A DNA stretch of 64,000 bases from an uncultured candidate division Zixibacteria bacterium (GTDB taxonomy: Bacteria > Zixibacteria > MSB-5A5 > UBA10806): positions 224,001 through 288,000 of the forward strand of contig CAWFQL010000009.1 in NCBI GenBank assembly GCA_963817915.1, given 5' to 3'. Of this stretch, positions 52,233-62,169 are shown piece after piece. The notes under the pieces were generated by a model. The model was not told where the DNA came from. It did no database searches and was given only the letters and a program-made list of their open reading frames with translations. Position 1 is the stretch's first letter. Each line of letters opens with the position of its first letter. A program made the position numbers and the translations under genes.

Positions 52233-52646
52233 TCAGTCTGATAATGCGCTTTTCAACGCAGCATGATATTTTTGCGGAAGCGCGGTAGGTTTACCTACAG
52301 TAACCTCGGAGCAGAGTAGTTCGATCTCAGCAGTAACCGCCAAAGCTCCAGAATGATTGTAAATTTCATACCCCATAATAAAGCTGGCGTTAGCAAGCTT
52401 TGCGATACCCACATGTACGTCAATAATTTCATCGAAATAGAGCGGCTTTCGGTAACGAACATTGACTTTGCGAACAATAAATTCGTACCCCTCTTCACGC
52501 ATTATTTTATAAGAAATGCCCAGATGCCGATAAAATTCAATTCTGGCAATTTCAAGATATTTGACTATCTGAGGGTGATGAACTACGCCCTGGAGATCGA
52601 TCTCGTCAAACCGCACTCTCCATGAGCATTTGAAATCGAACGGCAT
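52233..52646 (-). CDS. Acyl-CoA thioesterase (YbgC/4HBT family)
   Basis: RVRFDEID.QGVVHH..YLEIAR, YRKPL.FD. Confidence 0.88.
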   Translation of the reverse strand: MPFDFKCSWRVRFDEIDLQGVVHHPQIVKYLEIARIEFYRHLGISYKIMREEGYEFIVRKVNVRYRKPLYFDEIIDVHVGIAKLANASFIMGYEIYNHSGALAVTAEIELLCSEVTVGKPTALPQKYHAALKSALSD

Positions 52647-54940
52647 CAGGAATAACTTATTTTTTCGATAGATTCTATAAGATGCGAGAGTTGCTCGAGA
52701 CGAAATGGTTTTCGGAGAGTGGCGTCGATACCCTTGCGTCGGGCGGCATCTATATCAAGCTCTCGTCCCCAGCCGGATATTAAAATGAAATGGACATCCC
52801 TATTAATCGCTTTGAGAGTAGCGGCCAGATCAAATCCAGCATTCTTATCGAGATCATAATCAGCTATCACGATATTGTAGGGATTTCCCGATTCAATTCC
52901 GCTTTTAAAAATTCTAATCGCGGCATCCGAATCACCAACGACTGTGGAGTTGTATCCCAGGCTGGTGAGCATGCTGGTCAAAAGCTCTCTGATGACTGCC
53001 TGACCATCCACGCCCAAAATTCTTATATTGGCAGGGTTTTCGATTTGATTTTTTGGGCCGGCGATTTTTTTCGGTATTACCAGTCTCCAGCAATTCACAG
53101 GCATATTGGAATCATTGAATCTATGGTTGAATTCGAGCTTTCCGCCGATCTCTTTCAGCCAATCAGGCTCCTCAGTACCATTCATCAATGGAGATAATTT
53201 ATCACCAATTAATTCGAGATATATTGCTCCGTTTCGTTCACCGGCTGTAAGTCTGAGCAATCCTTTTGAACCTGACTTGAATAAGGCTGACGATAGAAAG
53301 CCCAGCAACGATTCCTGGATCTTCTCATCGGAATTTCCGGATGGAGCAATATCATTTGCGCCATCAAATAATATTCGTGGCCATTCACCTCGTTTGGCAG
53401 AGAGCTGTTTCAGTACTTGACTGACTATGACATTGAAGCTATCGCTATTTCTCTTTTCCAACCGTGGCAACTCGGAGGGATTATCAAGCATTAATGGCTC
53501 CTGAACAGATGAGGCGCGCAACGCCTTAAGCCAGCCTAATAAGTCATTCAGTTCAGGGCTTCGGCTTGTATCCGCGTATTCTACTATCAGCCGATCCAGT
53601 TCATTGGTGACTTGAGCCAAAACATCAGCTTTTTTTACTAAGTCATTGTCGATCGGGCGCTTATCAGGTTCAACCTGAACGATTTTTTCTATGACTGGCA
53701 TTTCCTTAAATCGTCGATGAAGGCCGAATATTATCTTGCAGACATCGTTGAAAAGATCGAGTTCAAACGAGGATTTTCTGCCGCTTTCAAGTCGAATAAA
53801 TATGCGGGCATTTTCATCGGGCAATGTCCCATAAAGATAGCTTCTGCCAACAATAAATTCCTTGAAAGGTGGGCGTTCTTCCCTGGCAATAATCCCATTG
53901 GCGCTGTCGTCATCAAGCTTATATTCTGAAATTTGAGTCAAAACTTGATTGTCATAATCGGGCTCCGATGACAACGCATCAATCCAGTCATTGCCGATCT
54001 TCTGGCAAATATCAAAGCGATCCCCGCCAAAAAGCCGAGTTAGTGTCCAGGCGACATTCCGGGCCGTATTAGCACCATTTCGCGGCCTCGCTATCGACGA
54101 CAATAATTCATCACCTAAAGCGCCAAGGAGATTTTTCATATTATCAAATGATGATTGCATGCCTCTAATGTGGCGGCCCAGTACCAACGCGCTGCCAAGC
54201 TGTTCGCCGAATTGCTCCAATAAATCAGGCTGGAGCATATCCTCTGATGGGTGTCCCTTCCCGAATAACGAAATTACTCCCCAATTTTCCCCCTCGGAAA
54301 TAATGGGAATCAGTACCATGAAATTGAATCCCTCATGCTTGCCGCCAAAATATTCATAATCGGGACTTGTCCTCATATTTCTGATTATCAGGAGCCGTTT
54401 GTTTCTGGCAGTGCGACCGATGGCAGTAGAACCTGATTCAATATTTTCCATTCTTCTGGCCAAGCGGGCAGACAAACCTTTATAAGAACCGAGTACCAAA
54501 TTTTCCTTGGCTCTATGAAAGACATGGATAGTACCGGCGGAAAGATTCATGATTGCCACGATCTTATCTAATGAGAAATTCAAAAGCTCCATCAGGCTGG
54601 CGTTGGATGCCGCCAATTGGATAATCTCGCCAATCGTTCTTTGCTGTTTTTCGTGCGCGAGCTGGGCGTTGACAGCTGACTTTGCCCTATGGTTCGAGAT
54701 GAGCATGGCGGCCAGCATGGAAATATATCCCAGCGATGAAAAGACGACAAAGCTGTTGAACGACGAAATAAAAAGCCTTTCCGGTGGGGTCAGAAGATAT
54801 AAAAGACATGATAATACAAATGACAAACCAGAAAAAAACCAAAAGATATAATGTAGAAAGCCACGCGCCGAATGACTGGAAATTATGAATAAAATTATGC
54901 TCAAAATCAGACCGCTGAGAGGCAACACCAAAAAATCCAT
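52646..54940 (-). CDS. Membrane GAF protein with a degenerate kinase-like region and a C-terminal receiver domain
   Basis: Three TMs, GAF, no H-box or G-box seen, C-terminal REC (VIADYDL...ISGWG...KPF). Confidence 0.7.
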   Translation of the reverse strand: MDFLVLPLSGLILSIILFIISSHSARGFLHYIFWFFSGLSFVLSCLLYLLTPPERLFISSFNSFVVFSSLGYISMLAAMLISNHRAKSAVNAQLAHEKQQRTIGEIIQLAASNASLMELLNFSLDKIVAIMNLSAGTIHVFHRAKENLVLGSYKGLSARLARRMENIESGSTAIGRTARNKRLLIIRNMRTSPDYEYFGGKHEGFNFMVLIPIISEGENWGVISLFGKGHPSEDMLQPDLLEQFGEQLGSALVLGRHIRGMQSSFDNMKNLLGALGDELLSSIARPRNGANTARNVAWTLTRLFGGDRFDICQKIGNDWIDALSSEPDYDNQVLTQISEYKLDDDSANGIIAREERPPFKEFIVGRSYLYGTLPDENARIFIRLESGRKSSFELDLFNDVCKIIFGLHRRFKEMPVIEKIVQVEPDKRPIDNDLVKKADVLAQVTNELDRLIVEYADTSRSPELNDLLGWLKALRASSVQEPLMLDNPSELPRLEKRNSDSFNVIVSQVLKQLSAKRGEWPRILFDGANDIAPSGNSDEKIQESLLGFLSSALFKSGSKGLLRLTAGERNGAIYLELIGDKLSPLMNGTEEPDWLKEIGGKLEFNHRFNDSNMPVNCWRLVIPKKIAGPKNQIENPANIRILGVDGQAVIRELLTSMLTSLGYNSTVVGDSDAAIRIFKSGIESGNPYNIVIADYDLDKNAGFDLAATLKAINRDVHFILISGWGRELDIDAARRKGIDATLRKPFRLEQLSHLIESIEKISYS

Positions 54941-55050
54941 AGATATTATTATGCGCTTGAAATCGCGGAATTGTCAATTGATTTTATCGCATAATTATTT
55001 ATTTATAGAAAGCGATTTGGATCTTGCCTCAAATTAGATTAGATTATAGG

Positions 55051-55074
55051 ATATATCGATAGATGAACATATAT
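55051..55074. promoter_or_regulatory. Putative ArsR/SmtB autoregulatory operator overlapping a TTGCCT-N17-TAGGAT promoter
   Basis: ATATAT-N12-ATATAT imperfect palindrome at the arsR 5' end. Confidence 0.4.
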
Positions 55075-55443
55075 CGACAGGAACAAATGATGAAAGAAAA
55101 AGCAAATACAGGTAGAATCACTCCGCATTTGGATCAGAAGATTCGACGAAATCTTAGCGACAAGCATATACTTTTTCGCATTGCGGAAATTTTCGGTGTC
55201 ATGAGCGATCCCGCTCGTTTGGCAATTCTAGTATGCCTTGAACAAAGCGAGCTTTGCGTAAGCGATATCATGAGCTTAACCGGCCTGCCCCAATCATCGG
55301 TTTCGCATCATCTAAGGAATCTGCGCCAATTGGAGATTGTAAAATATCGGAAAGACGGCAAGATGATTTTCTATAGACTTTCGGATAGCTATATTCCGGC
55401 GCTGATTGCAATCGCGCGAGATCACCTTCGCGATATCCAATAG
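55063..55443 (+). CDS. ArsR/SmtB family transcriptional regulator
   Basis: FGVMSDPARL.IL, ELCVSDI, QSSVSHHLR.LR, RKDGKMIFYRLSD; the start may be 55088. Confidence 0.92.
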   Translation: MNIYRQEQMMKEKANTGRITPHLDQKIRRNLSDKHILFRIAEIFGVMSDPARLAILVCLEQSELCVSDIMSLTGLPQSSVSHHLRNLRQLEIVKYRKDGKMIFYRLSDSYIPALIAIARDHLRDIQ

Positions 55444-55743
55444 TTGGCCTGGAAATCATATCAACTTCTAATCATATATCGAATATCTTCGATTAAACAA
55501 TATTATTTCTTTTTTGAGAACGGATCGATTGATATATTCCTTATTTGGCACATTTATTTTGCCTTAAATTCAATCAAGACATCCGTATCGTAAGATTATA
55601 AGCAATAAACAATTACGCCGACCTCTTAAATCTAAACAGTACCATAATCGAACAAAGACAAGAAATACAATAAGTTAAATTAAGTATCGAATTATGACAT
55701 TTCTATCATATTTAAGCGGAAAAGGGGCGATAATCAAAGAAAT

Positions 55744-57273
55744 CTATTTTTGAGTTAAGGCGCGAATATGTGCCTTTACATCATCGATATCGTCGCCATA
55801 TGGATTATCTTTGATATAAGTATTCAGCCACGAGATCGCCGATGTTGAATCATGTTTGACATTTTCATAGATATCAGCCAATTTCAATGACGACAGTAAA
55901 CCATCAGGAGTTTGTACAAATTGATCGTGAAGCATCTTTAAAGATTCGATAGCACGTTTATCGTCATTTTGCTCGAGATAGCATTTGACCAGATAGCCGA
56001 TAGCTCTCGCCGACATGAGTACATTTGAGATTTCAGGATTGATATATTTTTTAATATAAGCCTCGGCATCTTTGAACGCCTTATTGGCAAGTGTGGTCTC
56101 CCCCCTCATTTTGTAATGATTGGCCACAAAAAGGGCGGACTCGTAAGCCTTATCCGACCCGGGGAATGTCGCCATTATTTGATCGAATTGGCCGCGAGCA
56201 AGCTCCCATTTGCCTTCTTTATCAAGACAAAGTGCAATTAAATAATAGATTTCGGCTACGTTTTGCTGTGAAGCTTGAGGGAGTCCTTCGAGTTCTTTGG
56301 CCTTTTCTCGTGCCTCAGCAAATCTATTTTGCAGAAAGAGGTTTAATGACAATCCCATATATGCCGGTCCCAGGACCTTACTTCCGGGATTTTTTGCAAT
56401 AATCTCCTTATATGTCGATTCCGCGCTGGCATAGTCTTTGAGGTTTTTCGAGTAGATATCGGCAATCATAATCATAAGCGAGGGACTGATATTCCCCAGG
56501 CTATCCTTTTTGCTAGCTTTCATCGCGCTGATAGCGTCGGCAAATCTGTTTTGTTTGAGGTAGCTGGCGATAATCTTACCTGATGCCGCCTGATCAATCG
56601 CCGAACTGGGATATTTTTGAATAAGGTTATTATAATAATCACGGGCAGAATTCATCTTCTGATTAAATTTATCGAGATCGCCGGTAACATACCACATTTC
56701 AGCTTCTCTTAAAGGCGCATCGAGAGCGTCCAGATTGGGCTTTTCCGGCTTCAAAACCGCTATGTAACCATTGGAAAGCGAATCATAAATCGCCGCGGCT
56801 TCGACATATTTTTTGGATTTTTCCTTGGAAACGGCGAGATAGTAGGTAATAGCATTTTTCTGCAGAGCGTTTGTAGCAGGATTGTCAGCGACAGTCTTAA
56901 AATAATTGAAAGCCTCTTCGTAATTATGACGTTCCATATAAAGATTAGCGATTCGAGTCTGGGCTTTGGAGGCGAGATCCCAAGTCTCCCTTAAAGCAGA
57001 GCTGGCATTCGTGACTTCGGAATTGTCGCGGGGCGGCGCGACCATTCTCGCGACAGCTAAATAAGCATCCAGGACTTCCTGAAAATCGTTATCCGAAAGA
57101 GTCTTGCTTTTAATCGAGAATTGTTCCTGAAGACGGTCGGCGCTGTTCAATGCTTTTTCGATTTCGAATCTTGTTTCAATATCCTTTTTCTTGCTGCATG
57201 AGAATAAGGTAATTACTAAAAGCGGTATGGTTAATTTGGAAATCAATATTAATATATTTTTTAACCCAGCCAT
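55744..57273 (-). CDS. TPR-repeat lipoprotein downstream of the PEP-CTERM gene
   Basis: GGAGG SD before ATG 57273, lipobox LFSC, many TPR-like helical repeats. Confidence 0.8.
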   Translation of the reverse strand: MAGLKNILILISKLTIPLLVITLFSCSKKKDIETRFEIEKALNSADRLQEQFSIKSKTLSDNDFQEVLDAYLAVARMVAPPRDNSEVTNASSALRETWDLASKAQTRIANLYMERHNYEEAFNYFKTVADNPATNALQKNAITYYLAVSKEKSKKYVEAAAIYDSLSNGYIAVLKPEKPNLDALDAPLREAEMWYVTGDLDKFNQKMNSARDYYNNLIQKYPSSAIDQAASGKIIASYLKQNRFADAISAMKASKKDSLGNISPSLMIMIADIYSKNLKDYASAESTYKEIIAKNPGSKVLGPAYMGLSLNLFLQNRFAEAREKAKELEGLPQASQQNVAEIYYLIALCLDKEGKWELARGQFDQIMATFPGSDKAYESALFVANHYKMRGETTLANKAFKDAEAYIKKYINPEISNVLMSARAIGYLVKCYLEQNDDKRAIESLKMLHDQFVQTPDGLLSSLKLADIYENVKHDSTSAISWLNTYIKDNPYGDDIDDVKAHIRALTQK

Positions 57274-57405
57274 GTTTCCTCCATTACAATCCTTTATTGG
57301 TGGCATCCGGATGCCATAATTAATAGATTATACTACAAAATTGGACTAAAATAGAAACATAAAAATATCAGACAAATAAAATAAATCAGCAAGCGAAACT
57401 CTCAT

Positions 57406-57435
57406 AAAAAAAGCCGGCTTGAAATGGCCGGCTTT
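57406..57435 (-). terminator. Intrinsic terminator after the PEP-CTERM gene
   Basis: AAAGCCGGC...GCCGGCTTT stem with a T-run on the minus strand. Confidence 0.7.
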
Positions 57436-57453
57436 CCAATACTTTATTAGCGA

Positions 57454-58293
57454 TTATTTTTTGAATTTTCTCTTTAAGCCGAGCAAACCTGCAAGCCCCA
57501 TTCCAAAAAGACCGATTGTCGCGGGCTCTGGGACTGACGCCGGCGGAACATCAAGACGAAGGATATCATTATTGCAACTCATGCCGAGTGTAATTGACAT
57601 ACCGTTGGAAAGACTATTCCATCCGCCAAGATCATCGAAGGAAATTCTACCTTCCATGACATACGTGCTGTAACCATTTTCCATTAAGCTGTGGCCATTT
57701 ACAAGATATTCAGAATAGCCAAATTGGAAATCGTTGCTGTGGTTAGAGGCAACGCTATTGTAATGCAGAACCGGATTTCCTCTGCTTCCGAAACCTCTGC
57801 TGCCATCGCGATACTGCATCGTAGGATTAACATAGAAATTGCCAGATGTATTATAATTATGACCTGAATATTGACCGTCGAAAGTGCCTACAACATAATT
57901 ATTGCCTTGCACTCCAAACCGAATGTCGCCAGCGCGGAAAAGATAGCCGGGATACCAGGGAACATCATTGAAGCCGGTATTTGGCATTGACGTGACAATC
58001 GAATATACTAATTCGTGGTTGGTCTGGTCGAAATCGGCGTACATGGCTTCAATATCAAATACCTCCGACATATCATATCCTTGTCCAGGATCAGGCGCGT
58101 TGCCATTAGTTGGCCAATCTTGACTAATGCTATATCCTCTCGTCGGATTCCATGGCATATTGAAAAGATGAGAATTATTATCCACTGAAAGATGAACACC
58201 AAAATAGTCATCAAGTAGGTATTGGGCTTGAGCCGCAGAACCCATAGTTAGCAGACCAATAATTGCGATGATGATAGTCATGGCCTTTTTCAT
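57454..58293 (-). CDS. PEP-CTERM sorting-signal protein
   Basis: Signal peptide; C-terminal VPEPATIGLFGMGLAGLLGLKRKFKK. Confidence 0.93.
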   Translation of the reverse strand: MKKAMTIIIAIIGLLTMGSAAQAQYLLDDYFGVHLSVDNNSHLFNMPWNPTRGYSISQDWPTNGNAPDPGQGYDMSEVFDIEAMYADFDQTNHELVYSIVTSMPNTGFNDVPWYPGYLFRAGDIRFGVQGNNYVVGTFDGQYSGHNYNTSGNFYVNPTMQYRDGSRGFGSRGNPVLHYNSVASNHSNDFQFGYSEYLVNGHSLMENGYSTYVMEGRISFDDLGGWNSLSNGMSITLGMSCNNDILRLDVPPASVPEPATIGLFGMGLAGLLGLKRKFKK

Positions 58294-58364
58294 TAATCTA
58301 TCCTTTCCCTAATCAACTTTCCCAAATCAAGCCCTTTCTGCAAGGGCAGTATCTGCCATATATC

Positions 58365-58380
58365 AGCAATTCTAATGCCA
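58365..58380 (-). promoter_or_regulatory. Sigma-54 (-24/-12) promoter of the PEP-CTERM gene
   Basis: Minus strand TGGCATTAGAATTGCT; dyad TGCATTCAAATGCA about 120 bp upstream. Confidence 0.8.
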
Positions 58381-58628
58381 AATTTAGTCAACCAATTCGA
58401 GCGACGATATCTAATTGTATAGCAACGAGATACATGATTGTTATTGCCTATGCTGAATTACCGATTATTCAAAGTTACTTACGCAAATATACCAATAGAT
58501 GCATTCAAATGCATATGGGGGTAACAGGTAATTCAAGGCCAAGGCCTGATGCGGATTAAGCTCGATTGTTATTTGACTGGACTAAATATATCTACTATAA
58601 TTTGAGAGAGCATGCATAGATTGAAGAA

Positions 58629-59510
58629 TTGACCGATAATCAACATCGGGAGCAGTCGATGAGATTGAATTTTGACACTACAATAGATCATATCAAGCGT
58701 CATCTACTATTTTATATAATTTTGGCCGTATTTCTAGCGTTCAATATTCCGGTTTTTAAGCTGCTAATTGAAGATTGGATTCGCGACGGCAACTATTCGC
58801 ATGGATTTTTCATAATTCCTATATCCATATTTCTTATATATAGATCCGGCAATCTTCTGGTCTTCCCTGCTCCACGCAGCATGACAGGAATGGTTTTATT
58901 TGTCTTTGGGTGCGCAGGAATGATATTGGGAGCGGCGGCAAATGAGTTTTTCAGTTCGCGTGCTTCAATGATATTAAGTTTGACAGGAGTAACGCTATTT
59001 TATCTGGGATGGGCGAATTTCAAAAAGGTTTGGTTTGCATTTTTCTTTTTGCTTTTTATGATCCCCCTCCCGGCGGTAATTTATTATTCGGCAACATTGC
59101 CTTTGCAGCTTTTCGCGACCAAAGCAACCGTGGCGATTCTCCACATTTTCGATCTCCCCTCAGTTCGGCATGGCAATATCATTTTTTTGCCGAATTTCAA
59201 ATTAGAAGTGGCGGAGGCGTGCAGCGGCTTACGCAGCCTTGTCACATTGATGGCATTAGGAGCGCTGTACGGATATCTGACATTGCAGGGAACGATTCGT
59301 CCGCTGACGCTTTTTATCATGACAGTGCCGGTTGCTATAGCGGTCAATATATTCAGGCTCGTAATTACGGCGTTCGGGGCGTATGCAATCAGCCCCAAAG
59401 TGGCTGAGAGTTTTCTACATGAGCTTTCAGGGTTATTGGTATTTATAATAGCGTTGGTCGCGATTATAATAATTGGGAGCATCCTCGGATGGAAAAAAAG
59501 TCGTTCATAA
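58629..59510 (+). CDS. Exosortase (EpsH/Xrt family)
   Basis: YSHGF, FMIPLP, LEVAEACSGLR, NIFR, LHELSG; start may be ATG 58659; TTGACT-N17-TATAAT upstream. Confidence 0.92.
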   Translation: MTDNQHREQSMRLNFDTTIDHIKRHLLFYIILAVFLAFNIPVFKLLIEDWIRDGNYSHGFFIIPISIFLIYRSGNLLVFPAPRSMTGMVLFVFGCAGMILGAAANEFFSSRASMILSLTGVTLFYLGWANFKKVWFAFFFLLFMIPLPAVIYYSATLPLQLFATKATVAILHIFDLPSVRHGNIIFLPNFKLEVAEACSGLRSLVTLMALGALYGYLTLQGTIRPLTLFIMTVPVAIAVNIFRLVITAFGAYAISPKVAESFLHELSGLLVFIIALVAIIIIGSILGWKKSRS

Positions 59511-60115
59511 TAATAATCATATTACTGGCAATTACTTTTTCAATGACGATGACCATTAAATATTATCGTCCAAGTGTTCCAGAACAATCCGGTTTAGCGC
59601 AAATACCATTTGAGAAAGGCGGCTGGCTCGGGACCTATTTGCCTTTGGACTCAGCTTCAATTGCCATGCTCAATCCTGATCGAATGTTTTCAGGCATCTA
59701 TTCCGATTCGACGGGAAATAAGGTTCAGTTATTTGTAGATTATTATTCACCTCAAAACACGTGGGGCGGAATTCACTCGCCCCGCAACTGCCTTCCTGGC
59801 TCCGGATGGGTAATCTTGAGCACTGAAAAGAGACCAATGGAGCTTAATGGCAAGAGGTTTACGGCAAACAGGCTGACCCTTCAATCTGGAAGCTCACGAC
59901 AAGTAATGGATTTTTGGTATGTTTGCAGGCATGGTGAGACGGCCAATGACTATATTTTCAAATATTACAATATGCTTAGCGCTCTGACCTTAAAGCCAAC
60001 CGATACAGCCTTTATAAGATTTGTGACAGCCGATGATGCCAAAAGTATCGCGGCGATGGAACAATTCGAAACAGAAATAGTAAGCGATATCTATCTGTAT
60101 CTGCCGTTCAGATAA
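59489..60115 (+). CDS. epsI: EpsI family exosortase-associated protein
   Basis: W.G, LFVDYY, IHSPRNCLPGSGW, FWY, AFIRF. Confidence 0.88.
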   Translation: MEKKSFIIIIILLAITFSMTMTIKYYRPSVPEQSGLAQIPFEKGGWLGTYLPLDSASIAMLNPDRMFSGIYSDSTGNKVQLFVDYYSPQNTWGGIHSPRNCLPGSGWVILSTEKRPMELNGKRFTANRLTLQSGSSRQVMDFWYVCRHGETANDYIFKYYNMLSALTLKPTDTAFIRFVTADDAKSIAAMEQFETEIVSDIYLYLPFR

Positions 60116-60199
60116 GGACTTACAATCTCCCAATATCACCAGTAATATTGTTCAATAAAAAGCTTGACTGGTCATATTAACTTATTATAAAGCATTAAT

Positions 60200-60676
60200 A
60201 TGGTCGCCAATAAAGAAAAACCCTCGGATGGCTTTAAAGTAATCGCTTCTAATCGTCGGGCCAGACATGATTACGAGATTATCGAGACCTACGAAGCGGG
60301 CCTATCGCTTGTGGGAAGCGAGGTTAAGTCGCTTAGGGACGGCAAGGCAAGCTTTAAGGATTCGTATGCGACTCCCAAGGGCAGCGAGATTTATCTTTTG
60401 AATTTTCATATCGCTCCATATGATAAGACCGGGTTCATCGGCCATGAACCCGAAAGGCCCCGCAAGCTGCTTTTGCATGATCGTGAGATCAAACGATTGA
60501 TTATCACGGTAGAAACCAAAGGTTTGACATTGATCCCGCTTCGCGTATATTTCAAAGGGAAATATGCCAAAGTCGAGATTGCGGTCTGCAGAGGGAAAAG
60601 GGCGTACGATAAACGGGCAGCCATCGCCGAGCGCGAGATCAATCGAGACATGCAAAGGCACATGAAACATTATTGA
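60200..60676 (+). CDS. smpB: SsrA-binding protein
   Basis: NRRARHDY, EAGLSLVGSEVKSLR, RKLLLH, GKRAYDKR. Confidence 0.97.
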   Translation: MVANKEKPSDGFKVIASNRRARHDYEIIETYEAGLSLVGSEVKSLRDGKASFKDSYATPKGSEIYLLNFHIAPYDKTGFIGHEPERPRKLLLHDREIKRLIITVETKGLTLIPLRVYFKGKYAKVEIAVCRGKRAYDKRAAIAEREINRDMQRHMKHY

Positions 60677-60711
60677 TGAACATTCCAATAAATTGACTGT
60701 ATAATAAAAAA

Positions 60712-62169
60712 ATGAAATCTCTATTATTCCCTACGCTGCTGTTTTCTATTTTGATCGGATTAATCCCGCTTTCAGTCTACGCTGATAATCAGCAAGGCTC
60801 AATGGAATCGGTCGTAATCGACGGCGAATCATACGTAAAATCGTATTCATTGGCAAAATTCCTATCAGGAACCGAGAATATCGATTTCCCGAATAAAAGC
60901 GGCAAGATCGAATGCGCCGGATTTAAAATTGAGTACAATCTCTTTTCGACTTATATAAAGTCGGGCGAAAATATTTACAATATTTACAAGCCGGTGCTTT
61001 ATCAGGATGGATCATTTATCTTTCCGGTTAGATATTTGGTGCCGGTTTTAAATATGCTGTCGAGCAACAACTACTATTGGGATGGCAAAAATCTGCAAGA
61101 GTCCGCGCCGATCTGGAATGTGACCGGCATGAGTGTTTCGCGGAAATTGAATGGGCTCCTGGTTGAAATATATATGAAGGAGCCATTGAAATATAATGTG
61201 GTGGAAAACGAGGGAAATTGGCTGGTTATCACGATATCCGACGCTAATATCGATACTATGGCGTTTATGCTAGCCAATACAGAAAGAATATTTAATGAAA
61301 TAAAAGTTTATCAATTCGAAAATTCGGGGCAGATATCAATTAGATTGAAGTCGGGCGGATTTACGGTAAACACCAAACTGAAGGACAACCCCACTCGAAT
61401 TCAAATATTGATTCATGCTCCGGGAAGCCCCGACACAGCTCTTGTTCCTGAAAGCGAAAACACGCAGGAAACTCCATCCGACGCAATAAATATCGTAGTA
61501 ATCGACCCCGGCCATGGAGGAGACGATAACGGCGCTATAGGGAAATCCGGATTGAAAGAAAAGGATGTTGTTTTAAAAATAGCCAATTACCTTAATTCAC
61601 TTTTGAAGGATGACAGCCGTTTCAAGCCGATAATGACTCGTCAGGATGATGTTTTCGTGCCTTTATCCGACAGGACGGCGTTAGCTAATTCAGTTGGTGC
61701 GGATATTTTTATCTCTATACACGCCAACGCATCGCGTAACAAGAAGGCTGAGGGAGCGATGGCGTTCTTTCTGGCCGATGCCAAAAACGATGAAGCCAGG
61801 GCAGCCGCGACATTGGAAAATAATTCTATTAAATTTGAGAATGTCGAAAATCAAAAGCAATATTCAACTGATTTAGATTTTACTTTGAGAGATATGGTTC
61901 AGACAGAATTTCAGAGAGAATCGGCGGATTTGTCCGATATTATACAGAGGAAACTAACAGATATTACCGGGATAAACAGCCGGGGCGTGAATCAGGCCGG
62001 ATTTTTTGTTTTGGATAGGGCTTATATGACATCGGTGCTGGTCGAGACAGCATTCATATCAAACGCGCAGGACGAAAAGCGGCTCAAGGACGAAAAATTC
62101 CTCAAGCAGACCGCGCGGGCGATATATGAATCGATTATTGAATTCAAGGGAAAATATGAAAAACAATAA
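60712..62169 (+). CDS. N-acetylmuramoyl-L-alanine amidase (Amidase_3, AmiC-like)
   Basis: VIDPGHGG.D.GA, EKDV.L, FISIHAN, VLVETAFISN. Confidence 0.92.
   Translation: MKSLLFPTLLFSILIGLIPLSVYADNQQGSMESVVIDGESYVKSYSLAKFLSGTENIDFPNKSGKIECAGFKIEYNLFSTYIKSGENIYNIYKPVLYQDGSFIFPVRYLVPVLNMLSSNNYYWDGKNLQESAPIWNVTGMSVSRKLNGLLVEIYMKEPLKYNVVENEGNWLVITISDANIDTMAFMLANTERIFNEIKVYQFENSGQISIRLKSGGFTVNTKLKDNPTRIQILIHAPGSPDTALVPESENTQETPSDAINIVVIDPGHGGDDNGAIGKSGLKEKDVVLKIANYLNSLLKDDSRFKPIMTRQDDVFVPLSDRTALANSVGADIFISIHANASRNKKAEGAMAFFLADAKNDEARAAATLENNSIKFENVENQKQYSTDLDFTLRDMVQTEFQRESADLSDIIQRKLTDITGINSRGVNQAGFFVLDRAYMTSVLVETAFISNAQDEKRLKDEKFLKQTARAIYESIIEFKGKYEKQ

Noticed and set aside
60116..60711. tmRNA next to smpB
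   Set aside because: Flanking intergenic regions are too short and lack the tRNA-like ends
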